A stretch of DNA of 64,000 bases from an uncultured SAR86 cluster bacterium (lineage in GTDB: Bacteria; Pseudomonadota; Gammaproteobacteria; Magnimaribacterales; AG-339-G14): the NCBI GenBank assembly GCA_902540995.1, contig CACBOY010000003.1:6703-70702 (forward strand). The letters run 5' to 3'. Both the position numbers and the translations under genes were made by a program. Positions 1 through 8,733 of the stretch are shown piece after piece; position 1 is the stretch's first letter, and every line of letters begins with the position of its first letter. The notes beneath the pieces were generated by a model, which worked only from the letters and a program-made list of their open reading frames with translations, did no database searches and was not told where the DNA came from.

Positions 1-1
1 T

Positions 2-151
2 CATGCTTACACTCTGATTGGAGGGGGAAATATAATTTTTAGACAGATGGGAATTTTATTTTCTTGGATAGTGATATTAATTCAGGCAGTCTGGGCAATG
101 ATTATTTCAGGCCCATGGCTGTTATCTAATTTCTACGGGTTAAATATTTAA
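2..151 (+). CDS. 3' end of a membrane protein gene cut by the window edge (function unknown)
   Basis: The frame is open from the window start to TAA at 149-151. It translates to the hydrophobic tail ...LIGGGNIIFRQMGILFSWIVILIQAVWAMIISGPWLLSNFYGLNI. It is absent from the ORF track because it has no start codon. Confidence 0.3.
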   Translation, partial: HAYTLIGGGNIIFRQMGILFSWIVILIQAVWAMIISGPWLLSNFYGLNI

Positions 152-159
152 CTCTAAAA

Positions 160-720
160 ATGAATGAAGCATTAAATAATATTCTCAATAGAAATTCTCC
201 TAGAGAATTGTCTGAACCCCATCCTTCTGAAAAAGAAATGGAACTAATTTATCAGGCAGCTCTCAGGGCGCCCGATCATGCTTGGCAAAGACCCTCAAGA
301 TTTATCCAAGTAACAGGCAAGGGTCTAGAAAAACTTTCATCCATTTTTGTAGATTTTGCTAAGGACAACATTGAGGATGTTACCGATGAGACATTGCAAA
401 AATATAGAGAGGCACCATTTCGCGCACCAATGATTGTCATTTTAATTTCTGAAATCAAGACGCATCCAAAAGTTCCTGAAATAGAGCAAATGCTCTCTAC
501 AGCGGCCGCTGCGGAAAATATATTACTTGCGTTAAATGCTCTAAATTATGCTGGTATGTGGAGAACCGGAGTTTTTGCACTTAATGAAAAAATTTCCAAG
601 TATCTCGAATTAGAAGAAAATCAAAAAGTAATCGGATATCTTTACGTAGGCACAGCTTCAGGAAAACAAAAAAAGATTCCTGAAATGGACACCTCTGAAT
701 TTGTTACTCAGTGGATCTAA
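160..720 (+). CDS. ydjA: NAD(P)H nitroreductase, YdjA-like
   Basis: 186 aa. It resembles E. coli YdjA-type nitroreductases end to end (RAPDH, RPSRF, APFRAP and IGYLYVG motifs). Confidence 0.75.
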   Translation: MNEALNNILNRNSPRELSEPHPSEKEMELIYQAALRAPDHAWQRPSRFIQVTGKGLEKLSSIFVDFAKDNIEDVTDETLQKYREAPFRAPMIVILISEIKTHPKVPEIEQMLSTAAAAENILLALNALNYAGMWRTGVFALNEKISKYLELEENQKVIGYLYVGTASGKQKKIPEMDTSEFVTQWI

Positions 721-727
721 CTCATAG

Positions 728-1564
728 ATGTTAAAAGTTTTCAAAAATTTTGAAGGTAATGATATTGCCGGCTCCATTTATGGAACAGAATCCGATCCTC
801 TAGTAATTTTCTTACATGGCGGTGGTCAGACTAGATTCGCTTGGGACAATGCAGCAGAAAATATCTCAAAAAAAGGCTTCCACGTTATTACTTATGATCT
901 TAGAGGCCATGGAGATAGTTTTTGGTCAGAAACAGGAGACTACAAGATTCATGATCATAAAAAAGATTTGATCTCGATTATTAAACATTATGATAAGTCT
1001 GCTAATTTAGTTGGTGCTTCCCTTGGAGGAATGACATCCTTATCTTTGGCTGGAGATCCGGATTATTCAAATTTATGTAAAACCCTTACGATGGTAGATA
1101 TAGGAATTTATCCCAATCAAGATGGCTCGGATAGAATTGTAGAATTTATGAGATCTGCCGAAAACGGATTTTCATCTTTAGAAGAGGCTGCTGATTATAT
1201 ATCTGACTTTTTACCTCACAGAGAAAAACCAAAAGACTTAAGCGGATTGCATAAAAACCTAAGAAAAAAGGATGATAGGTTTTACTGGCATTGGGATCCA
1301 AAATTCCTCCAAGGCAGACAAGGCCAAGATATAAAAGAATATTTTGGTCATTTGGAAAAAGCTGCTAATTTTTTAAATATTCCTACGTTGTTAATAAGAG
1401 GCGCACTTAGTGACGTTTTAACAGAGGAAGATAAAGATTATTTCTTAAAAGCAGTTTCTCATGCAGAATTTGAAGAAATAAGTAATGCAGCACACATGGT
1501 AGCGGGCGATAAAAACGATATTTTTTCAAGGGCAGTTGAAAAGTTTTTAGTTAAAAACAACTAA
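728..1564 (+). CDS. alpha/beta-fold hydrolase
   Basis: 278 aa. It has an HGGGQT oxyanion region, a GASLGG nucleophile elbow (GxSxG) and a C-terminal catalytic His region (NAAHMV). Confidence 0.8.
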   Translation: MLKVFKNFEGNDIAGSIYGTESDPLVIFLHGGGQTRFAWDNAAENISKKGFHVITYDLRGHGDSFWSETGDYKIHDHKKDLISIIKHYDKSANLVGASLGGMTSLSLAGDPDYSNLCKTLTMVDIGIYPNQDGSDRIVEFMRSAENGFSSLEEAADYISDFLPHREKPKDLSGLHKNLRKKDDRFYWHWDPKFLQGRQGQDIKEYFGHLEKAANFLNIPTLLIRGALSDVLTEEDKDYFLKAVSHAEFEEISNAAHMVAGDKNDIFSRAVEKFLVKNN

Positions 1565-1601
1565 CAAAAAATATTTGTTAACATGATTTAGGAGAATAAA
1601 T

Positions 1602-2285
1602 ATGCTGTGGGTAAAAACTTTCTTTGGGATACTTTTTCAAACCATATTGTTGGGTATTTTTTTATATTTACCTGCCTTAACTCTAAATTGGTCAGATGCA
1701 TTTTTGCTTCTAACTATTCACTTTTTAATGACTATTTTGGCTTCTGCATATTTGCTGATTGTAAAGCCAGAAAGTATAGAAGCTCGAATGAATTATGATT
1801 CAAAGACTCAGCCTAAAGAAGATAGACTGGCAACTGCCCTGATGTTTTCTGCAATTATTGTAGGACTTTCTTTGGCGCCGATAGATATTTTTCATTTAAA
1901 CCTTTCGTCTAGTTTTGAAGGCAGTATAAAAAATATTGGCTTGGCTATTTATATCATTGGAATGCTTTTATTTATGGCCTCAATCAATGCAAATGAGTTT
2001 GCAGAAACTACTGTCAACATTCAAGAAGAGAGGGGTCAGAAAGTTATAGATACAGGCATTTATTCCTTGGTAAGACATCCAATGTATACGGGTTTTATTT
2101 TTTTTATAACCGGAGTAAATGTTTGGTTAGGTACTTATCTATCACTTTTTCTTAGTCTGACTTTTTTAGCAATAGCTTTGAGATCGAGAATAAGCATTGA
2201 AGAAGAAACTCTTTTAAAGGATTTAGAAGGATATGAAGATTATTGTAAAAAAGTTAAAGCAAGACTCATCCCTTATTTATTTTAA
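1602..2285 (+). CDS. membrane methyltransferase of the isoprenylcysteine carboxyl / phospholipid methyltransferase family
   Basis: 227 aa and polytopic. The C-terminal RHPMYTG..F signature is typical of ICMT/PEMT-type enzymes. Confidence 0.7.
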   Translation: MLWVKTFFGILFQTILLGIFLYLPALTLNWSDAFLLLTIHFLMTILASAYLLIVKPESIEARMNYDSKTQPKEDRLATALMFSAIIVGLSLAPIDIFHLNLSSSFEGSIKNIGLAIYIIGMLLFMASINANEFAETTVNIQEERGQKVIDTGIYSLVRHPMYTGFIFFITGVNVWLGTYLSLFLSLTFLAIALRSRISIEEETLLKDLEGYEDYCKKVKARLIPYLF

Positions 2286-2348
2286 AAAATCGTTTAAATA
2301 AAAGAGCAAAACAATTAAGCTTATCATTCTCAATTTTTGGAATAAAAC

Positions 2349-2816
2349 ATGAATTTTTTTATTGAGTACTTTAATAGCATTGTTGGAGCACTGGCAGCAA
2401 TTGGAGCTGTAGCTTCAATTTACTATTTAATACAAGAAATGAGAGAGCAAAACAGAGTAGCACGAGCAAATGCTAGGCAGAATGTCGCTGATAGCCATCA
2501 AGAAATTGCTTTAGAAGGCATGAAAAAAAGCATGGTTAAGATTAAGTTAAAACTGCGAAATGATGAGGAACTTACTCCTGAAGAAGACGCCAAATACATG
2601 TCATATTTCAGCATAATGTTACGGTCTAGAGAAAACCAACATTATCAATACACAATTGGCATGATCGATAAAGGAGAATGGGACAATTACAAAAGATCCT
2701 TCAAAACGCTTTTTAAATCAAAATATCATTTGAAACTATGGTCTTTCATGAAAAATACATTTAACGATAGCTTCGTTGAAGTTGTTGAGGAACTTATAGA
2801 AGATGACAATAATTGA
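2349..2816 (+). CDS. hypothetical membrane-anchored protein, first gene of the EAL/GGDEF operon
   Basis: 155 aa. It has one N-terminal TM helix (IVGALAAIGAVASIYYLI) followed by a charged soluble domain in which I recognise no family. Its 3' end overlaps the EAL gene by 14 nt. Confidence 0.5.
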   Translation: MNFFIEYFNSIVGALAAIGAVASIYYLIQEMREQNRVARANARQNVADSHQEIALEGMKKSMVKIKLKLRNDEELTPEEDAKYMSYFSIMLRSRENQHYQYTIGMIDKGEWDNYKRSFKTLFKSKYHLKLWSFMKNTFNDSFVEVVEELIEDDNN

Positions 2817-3891
2817 AGATCAACAGGCTAAATACCTAATTAAATCCCTGCAACATCACCCGAGCCCCTATTTGATTTTTTGTAAAGATGATGGGGTGGA
2901 ATGGATGAATCAATCTGCTCAATATGTTTTTGATACAACTGAAATAAGTGACATTGGTATCGCTCCAATAATATCTCATGGTACGTCAAAGAAAATAGAA
3001 GCAATTGGGTCTTCATTTCAATCCGATCTTGAACTCTCACTGAGAAAAATAAAATTTTTATTGAGATCTCGAGTTCACGAAATTCCCTTAGACAAAGAAG
3101 AATCTTTCTTTTTGATAGAGGTTTTGGCTCAGTCAGAGGCAGCTTTGGATGCTTTGAAAAATACCATTTCTTGTTTAGAAAATGATCGTATAGACATGGC
3201 TTACCAAAAACAATATGACCTTGCCACAGGAGACTTGGTTAGTGTGGAAACACTGCTACGATTAAGAGACGAAAAAGGAGATATTATCCCAAATGATAAA
3301 TTAATACCTCTGGTTGAAGGAGAAAGTTTATTTTCTCTTGTTGTGCTGGCTTCCATGCAGAAGTTAAAGGAGGTATTTGAATTTAAGAAAAAGAAAAAAT
3401 TAGACTTCACTGTTTATCTTAATGTTTCAGCTTATACAGCTATGCAAGAAAACTTTTGTAATCTCATTTTAGATTTTGTAAAAGAAAATAATCTTAATCC
3501 GGGAGACTTGGGGCTTGAAATCACAGAAACTGCAGAACTTGAAGATAGATCCAGAGCTGCAGAGTATTTTGAAAAACTTAAAAAACATGGAATACCTCTC
3601 GCGCTCGATGATTTTGGAGCAGGTTACTCTTCATTAAGTTATTTAAGAGACTTGCCGATTACTTTAGTAAAGCTTGATAAGGATTTTGCTAGAACTGTGT
3701 CTGAACAAGATACGCAAGAGCTCGTCAGATTTGTGGTAACAATTTGCAATAACATGGAGTTAGGTATGCTAGCTGAAGGGATTGAAACTGAGGAACAACA
3801 GAAAACATTTTTAGAACTTGGTTGCCACAAAGGCCAAGGATATTTTCATCACAGACCACAGTTTTTAAAGGATTTCAAGGAGGAATTTTAA
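2803..3891 (+). CDS. EAL-domain cyclic-di-GMP phosphodiesterase with an uncharacterised N-terminal domain of about 110 aa
   Basis: 362 aa. The EAL-domain catalytic set appears intact: ETLLR (EAL variant), LNVS, EITE, DDFGAGYSS, KLDK, EGIET and GQGY. Confidence 0.85.
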   Translation: MTIIEDQQAKYLIKSLQHHPSPYLIFCKDDGVEWMNQSAQYVFDTTEISDIGIAPIISHGTSKKIEAIGSSFQSDLELSLRKIKFLLRSRVHEIPLDKEESFFLIEVLAQSEAALDALKNTISCLENDRIDMAYQKQYDLATGDLVSVETLLRLRDEKGDIIPNDKLIPLVEGESLFSLVVLASMQKLKEVFEFKKKKKLDFTVYLNVSAYTAMQENFCNLILDFVKENNLNPGDLGLEITETAELEDRSRAAEYFEKLKKHGIPLALDDFGAGYSSLSYLRDLPITLVKLDKDFARTVSEQDTQELVRFVVTICNNMELGMLAEGIETEEQQKTFLELGCHKGQGYFHHRPQFLKDFKEEF

Positions 3892-5345
3892 TGGCTGTTT
3901 CGGAAAAACCTTCTAAAGGCGCGGAAAAAATATTACTCGCGCAAATTAAACAAGAGTTTGCAGCTCCTGCTGAAGCTATCGAACAATATATTGATTTAGT
4001 AGAAGAGTTTGGTGTAAAGAACAACCTCAATATCAGTTCAGAAATAAACCAAATCAAAGAAGCTGAAGACAAGCTCTTGAGTCAGTATGAGGATGCCTTT
4101 AGAGAAAATACGGCTGCAGACAAAAAAGCCAAAACATCACAAGAATACTCAGAGCTTAGACATAATCTTCGTACTCCTTTGAATGCAATAATTGGATATA
4201 GCGAAATTTTAATGGAAGACTTTGAAGATGATTTATCTGAGGAGTGTCTTAAAGATTTAAATACGATTTTAACTTTATCGAGAGAAACAGAGACGGCCAT
4301 AGAAAGATTTGTAGATTTTATTAAAGGTGACTTAAACGAAAAAGCCGCTGAAGATTCTGAACAAGGCCAAATTCAGAATGCTGAATCTCTATTTAGATCT
4401 TTAGGAGACATAGATTACAGTTTAGATATTGATGATTATCTCAAGGGGTCCGATGTGCTAATTGTTGATGATAACAAGACTAACTGTGAAGTTTTGGAAA
4501 GAAGATTAACTCAAAATGGGCTTTCTTGCAGAGTTGCTCTGGATGGGACAACCGCAATCAAAGAAGTGGATGCTAAAACTCCCGATCTTATTTTGCTAGA
4601 TGTAATGTTGCCGGACATAAACGGATTAGAGCTCCTTAAAAGATTTAGGAAGAACCATGATAGAGACGAGTTGCCAATCATTATGGTATCTGCATTCAAT
4701 GATGTTGATAGCACTGCTAAATGTATAAAGTTAGGGGCCTCAGACTATCTTCCTAAACCATTGAATGGAACAATTTTAATGGCGAAATCAATTGCGAGTT
4801 TAGAAGCAAAATATTTCAGAGCAAGAGAGCAAGAGTTATTAAAAGAATTAAATCTCAAAGCAACTACTTGCCCACTAACCGGAATCTATAACAGACAGGT
4901 TGTTTTTGACAAAATCGAGGAATGTTTCGAGAAACTGTCGCAAGAAAAAGGTTATGAATTTTCTTTACTTTCTATGGATATAGATTTTTTTAAATCTATA
5001 AATGACACTTATGGACACCCTGGAGGTGATGAGGTTTTGAAAGCTGTTGCTAATGGCTTAAGAGATGCATGCGGTAAAAACATTATTGGCAGAGTAGGTG
5101 GAGAGGAATTTATTGCAGTTTTAGAGAATAAAGAAGGAATGAGTTTGAACGATTACTGTGAGAATATAAGAAAGGCTGTAGTTGACTTATCAATTCCCTT
5201 CCAAGATGTTGAAATAAATATTACTATAAGTGGAGGAGTTATTAATTCATCTGAGGTTAAGGATCAAGAAGAACTTGTTAACCTTGCAGACGAAAGACTC
5301 TACAAAGCAAAAGAGGGGGGCAGAAATCAGTTTATTTATAGCTGA
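3891..5345 (+). CDS. DHp(H-box only)-REC-GGDEF protein (response-regulator diguanylate cyclase)
   Basis: I place the start at ATG 3891 (TAATG overlap with the EAL stop, AAGGAGG 7 nt upstream) rather than the track start 3822. The product is 484 aa. The H-box ELRHNLRTPLNAIIGYSEIL has its His at nt 4161-4163, and no HATPase N/G1/G2 boxes follow. The REC domain (DD..D237 at 4599-4601..KP) and GGEEF (5097-5111) are present, with no RxxD I-site just upstream. Confidence 0.85.
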   Translation: MAVSEKPSKGAEKILLAQIKQEFAAPAEAIEQYIDLVEEFGVKNNLNISSEINQIKEAEDKLLSQYEDAFRENTAADKKAKTSQEYSELRHNLRTPLNAIIGYSEILMEDFEDDLSEECLKDLNTILTLSRETETAIERFVDFIKGDLNEKAAEDSEQGQIQNAESLFRSLGDIDYSLDIDDYLKGSDVLIVDDNKTNCEVLERRLTQNGLSCRVALDGTTAIKEVDAKTPDLILLDVMLPDINGLELLKRFRKNHDRDELPIIMVSAFNDVDSTAKCIKLGASDYLPKPLNGTILMAKSIASLEAKYFRAREQELLKELNLKATTCPLTGIYNRQVVFDKIEECFEKLSQEKGYEFSLLSMDIDFFKSINDTYGHPGGDEVLKAVANGLRDACGKNIIGRVGGEEFIAVLENKEGMSLNDYCENIRKAVVDLSIPFQDVEINITISGGVINSSEVKDQEELVNLADERLYKAKEGGRNQFIYS

Positions 5346-5355
5346 GGAGAGAGTT

Positions 5356-5721
5356 ATGAAAAAGATTCTTTACGTAGAAGACAATGAAATGAATCGTGAC
5401 ATGTTAGGCAGAAGACTGACAAGAAGAGAATATGATGTCATCTTTGCTTTCGATGGTCAGGAAGGGCTTGATAAAATGAAATCAGAAAACCCAGACTTAG
5501 TTTTAATGGATATGGGTCTGCCTGTTCTGGACGGTTGGGAAGCCACTACACAGGCAAAAGCTGATCCCGAGATATCAAATATTCCAATCATTGCTTTAAC
5601 CGCTCATGCAATGGAACATGATAGACAAAAGGCTTTGGAGTGTGGGGCAGACGACTTTGACACAAAGCCAGTTGATTTTAAAAGGCTTTTAGAAAAAATT
5701 GAGTCGAATTTAGGTGCTTAG
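5356..5721 (+). CDS. single-domain response regulator (CheY-like receiver)
   Basis: The start is ATG 5356 with GAGGAGAG upstream; the track start 5230 lies inside the previous gene. The product is 121 aa. REC motifs are ILYVEDNEMN, LVLMD (Asp52 at 5509-5511), ALTAH and TKP. Confidence 0.85.
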   Translation: MKKILYVEDNEMNRDMLGRRLTRREYDVIFAFDGQEGLDKMKSENPDLVLMDMGLPVLDGWEATTQAKADPEISNIPIIALTAHAMEHDRQKALECGADDFDTKPVDFKRLLEKIESNLGA

Positions 5722-8711
5722 CTCTTAGCTCCTAATAATTTAGTAACCATTCCTGGAAGCTGATTAATAGATACTTCATCCTTTTTAACCAGCCCAGCAA
5801 CGTTCTTTCTTAAAAGTTCTTCTTGTACCTCTGATAAATCTTTTCCTGAATATACAAGAATATTAGGTTTATCTTCAAAATCCATTTCAACAAAGTTTTC
5901 TAAAAATTCGAAACCATCCATACGCGGCATTTCTAGATCTAAGACAATTAGCGCTGGGTTTTTATCCAAATTTTCAAGTCCTTCTTTTCCATCTCTAGCT
6001 AAGAAAGCTTCGTAACCAGCATCATTTAAGGCTCTTCCTAGAATATCTCTTGTATTCGAATCATCATCAACAACTAAGATTCTTTTGTTTGTTGAGCTAC
6101 CAAGTAAGTTAGTTACCATCTTAAGGAATTTATCCCTGTCAATTGGCTTGGTGAGATAGTCATCTGCTCCTAACGAAAATGCCAATGTTTCCTGCGACAT
6201 TTGGGAAACCATTATTACTGGAATGTCTTTTATAGATTCATCAGATTTGCATTCTTTTAAGATAGACCAACCATCTCTTCCCGGCATCAAAACATCTAAT
6301 AGAATGAGCTTTGGTTGTGATTCCCTAATCATATTCAGGCCTTGTTCACCATTAGTTGCTCCAATTAAAGTCATTCCAGCTTTTTTTACTGTCCTTTTTA
6401 TTAAGTCATGCATTGCTATATCATCATCAATTAGCACACATAAGTTTTCACCCTCTAAGGAAGAAATTTCTTCATTTTCGAGTTCTCCAGATTCATCACA
6501 GATTCTTGGAATAAAAATTGAAAATACAGATCCAACTCCTTTTTCACTGGATACCGTTACACCACCACCCATTAATTCAGCAAATCTTTTACTAATAGGC
6601 AGGCCTAGGCCTGTTCCGCCATGAGTTGCCGAGGTAGATCTTTCGGCTTGCTCATATTCTTCGAAGACTTTTGCTACTCCTTCTTCGCTCATACCTTCCC
6701 CATCATCAGTTACCTTGAATTCAATCATCTCAACTTCATCCTTCATGAAAGAATTAACATCTAAGGTTACTAAGCCGTTATTTGTAAATTTGAAGGCATT
6801 ACTTAAGAAATTTGTAACACACTGTCTAAGCTTCGTTTCATCTTGGGACATTGATCCTATAGCTTCTTGAATATTTATCTTGAAGCCATTGTCGTTTTTC
6901 GCCGCCAAAGGTGCGTTAATATCTCTAAGAGTTTCAACCACTTTTTCAATTTCGAAGCTGGTGATGAAAAGCTCCATTTTTCCAGACTCTATTTTTGAAA
7001 GGTCCAAAATATTATTAATCAGAGACAATAGATGTGTTCCAGAAGTAGTTATCTTCTTAAGATCAGGCATTAAATCTTCATAACCTAAATCTTCGCACTC
7101 TTCATATAGCATTTCTCCGTATCCTAAAATTGCATTCAATGGCGTTCTGAGTTCGTGACTCATATTGGCAAAAAATTTACTTCTCTGTTCATTTGCCTCA
7201 AGCGCTTCATCTCGAGACTCCTCCATCTCTTTGGTCCTTGTGTCTATAAGAACTTGTACTTCATCTGCCATTCTTGTGAATGCAACTGTCATTAATTCAA
7301 CTGAAGCTTCTTCTCCTTTATCCTGGGAGCTTTCTTGAGCAAGATTTTGCATCTTATTAATATCATTAAGAATTAAGGTTCTTGAATCTCCTTCAAGCTC
7401 ATCGGCAAGAATACTCATTTTTTCTATGATCGCAGTATCCCTTTCTTTTCTTCTGCGTGCCTGTTCAGTTCTGATATTTTCCATCTCATTAAGATGGCCT
7501 CTATAAATTTCTAGAGCCTTTGCAAGCTCACCAACCTCATCATTTTCAGATCTCAAAAGACCTCTTCTCTGTGGCATGGTTTTAGATAAGTCCCCACTGG
7601 TGAGAGCCTGAAGAACTTCAATTGCTTTATTTACTGATCCAAAAACATTAGCAAGAATTCCTGAAGTTAAAGCAATCACCAGAAAAATTACAATTGTAAT
7701 TATTATGTAGATTGAATTTAGGATAGCATTTTCTTGAGCGATACTTTCGCTTTCATCTCTAAAAATAAATAATTGTGCTTTATCTGATGAAAGGTATGAA
7801 CTCAATGGAAGAAGTGTGATGAGGGATCCTAAATCTGAATCTCTTGTAGAAGTTCTATTGCCAAACTCTTCTAAGTTTGAATTTGCCTTATCAACATGAC
7901 CTTTAATGTTGGTAATTCCAAAATTAGAAGTTTCGTCTAACTCTAAGCCTGACTCATATCTCGCATAATCGTCGCCTAATGAAATGATTCCTTCTTCTGT
8001 TTGTACTGCAGTAACAAGTTCAAATTCATCACCAAAGGTCTCCATAGACTTTCTTACATCTATTCCCATGACAATAATTGCTTCAGCATTTCTACTAAAA
8101 GCCTTTATCGGGAAAGCCATCATTTGGTTTAAGGTAGAAATTTTTTCTCCAGATGAGTCTACGATCTTTTGTAAAAATCTTCTTGGCCTCTTGCCTGCAT
8201 CAATAAGAAATTCGTCAAGATTATTATCGTATTCATTTTTAGCTTGAGGACTACATGCATCGATTCCAGATAAGTCCAGTGCGCTAGAACAATAAAACCT
8301 CTGCCCATTTGGATAATAAGCTTTAATAAAACTTAAATTCCCTTCATCCAAATCAAATTCAAACATTAGATCCAAGAGATATCCTGCTTCCCCAATGTTT
8401 TTATCCGTGATGAATTGGATTAACGGATTGGCATAATCGTCATCAGGTGAGGAAAGTTCCTCTTCAGGATATATAGGATTTTCGGGGTCCCAAAAATTTC
8501 CTCTTTCTCCAGTTACTGGAAGCCAGGCAGAAATAGCATCAATTGAAGTTTCGAGGGTCTGAAACCATGCAGCCTCATACGTTGAAACTAGAGACTCATT
8601 GGCAAAACTTTTTTGCGTAGTATCCCTATAGTTGAACAAAAAAAATAAGGAAAGGGCTAGCAGTAAGTTTCCTGCTAGGCCAATCCCAATTAATACTGTT
8701 CTGATACGCAT
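5718..8711 (-). CDS. hybrid sensor histidine kinase (periplasmic sensor-HAMP-coiled coil-HisKA-HATPase-REC-REC)
   Basis: 997 aa. TM1 spans aa 5-27, the periplasmic region aa 28-332 (nt 7716-8630) and TM2 aa 333-356. The H-box MSHELRTPLNAILGY has His519 at 7155-7157. The N box is NAFKFT and the G boxes are DDGEGM and GGTGLGL. Two receivers carry Asp806 (6294-6296) and Asp925 (5937-5939). No Hpt domain is present. Confidence 0.9.
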   Translation of the reverse strand: MRIRTVLIGIGLAGNLLLALSLFFLFNYRDTTQKSFANESLVSTYEAAWFQTLETSIDAISAWLPVTGERGNFWDPENPIYPEEELSSPDDDYANPLIQFITDKNIGEAGYLLDLMFEFDLDEGNLSFIKAYYPNGQRFYCSSALDLSGIDACSPQAKNEYDNNLDEFLIDAGKRPRRFLQKIVDSSGEKISTLNQMMAFPIKAFSRNAEAIIVMGIDVRKSMETFGDEFELVTAVQTEEGIISLGDDYARYESGLELDETSNFGITNIKGHVDKANSNLEEFGNRTSTRDSDLGSLITLLPLSSYLSSDKAQLFIFRDESESIAQENAILNSIYIIITIVIFLVIALTSGILANVFGSVNKAIEVLQALTSGDLSKTMPQRRGLLRSENDEVGELAKALEIYRGHLNEMENIRTEQARRRKERDTAIIEKMSILADELEGDSRTLILNDINKMQNLAQESSQDKGEEASVELMTVAFTRMADEVQVLIDTRTKEMEESRDEALEANEQRSKFFANMSHELRTPLNAILGYGEMLYEECEDLGYEDLMPDLKKITTSGTHLLSLINNILDLSKIESGKMELFITSFEIEKVVETLRDINAPLAAKNDNGFKINIQEAIGSMSQDETKLRQCVTNFLSNAFKFTNNGLVTLDVNSFMKDEVEMIEFKVTDDGEGMSEEGVAKVFEEYEQAERSTSATHGGTGLGLPISKRFAELMGGGVTVSSEKGVGSVFSIFIPRICDESGELENEEISSLEGENLCVLIDDDIAMHDLIKRTVKKAGMTLIGATNGEQGLNMIRESQPKLILLDVLMPGRDGWSILKECKSDESIKDIPVIMVSQMSQETLAFSLGADDYLTKPIDRDKFLKMVTNLLGSSTNKRILVVDDDSNTRDILGRALNDAGYEAFLARDGKEGLENLDKNPALIVLDLEMPRMDGFEFLENFVEMDFEDKPNILVYSGKDLSEVQEELLRKNVAGLVKKDEVSINQLPGMVTKLLGAKS

Positions 8712-8733
8712 TTACGCGCAAAAATTTAAGATC

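Noticed and set aside
3822-3890. N-terminal extensions given by the ORF track: 3822 for the GGDEF gene, 5230 for the REC gene, 30373 for DUF3450, 49184 for the TBDR, 60526 for hisH, 43463 for GST, 9153 for the TonB_C protein, 47134 for the secreted protein and 63266 for yibN.
   Set aside because: In each case a downstream ATG has a better Shine-Dalgarno. It also either exposes the signal peptide at the true N-terminus or removes overlap with the preceding gene's conserved C-terminus.
6223-6624. 133-aa ORF on the + strand inside the hybrid kinase gene. Similar antisense ORFs occur at 6880-7083 and 7984-8247.
   Set aside because: It lies entirely antisense to a well-supported 997-aa gene. The translation is low-complexity (Ser/Ile/Pro/Phe rich), as expected for the reverse frame of an AT-rich gene, and it has no motif or ribosome-binding site.
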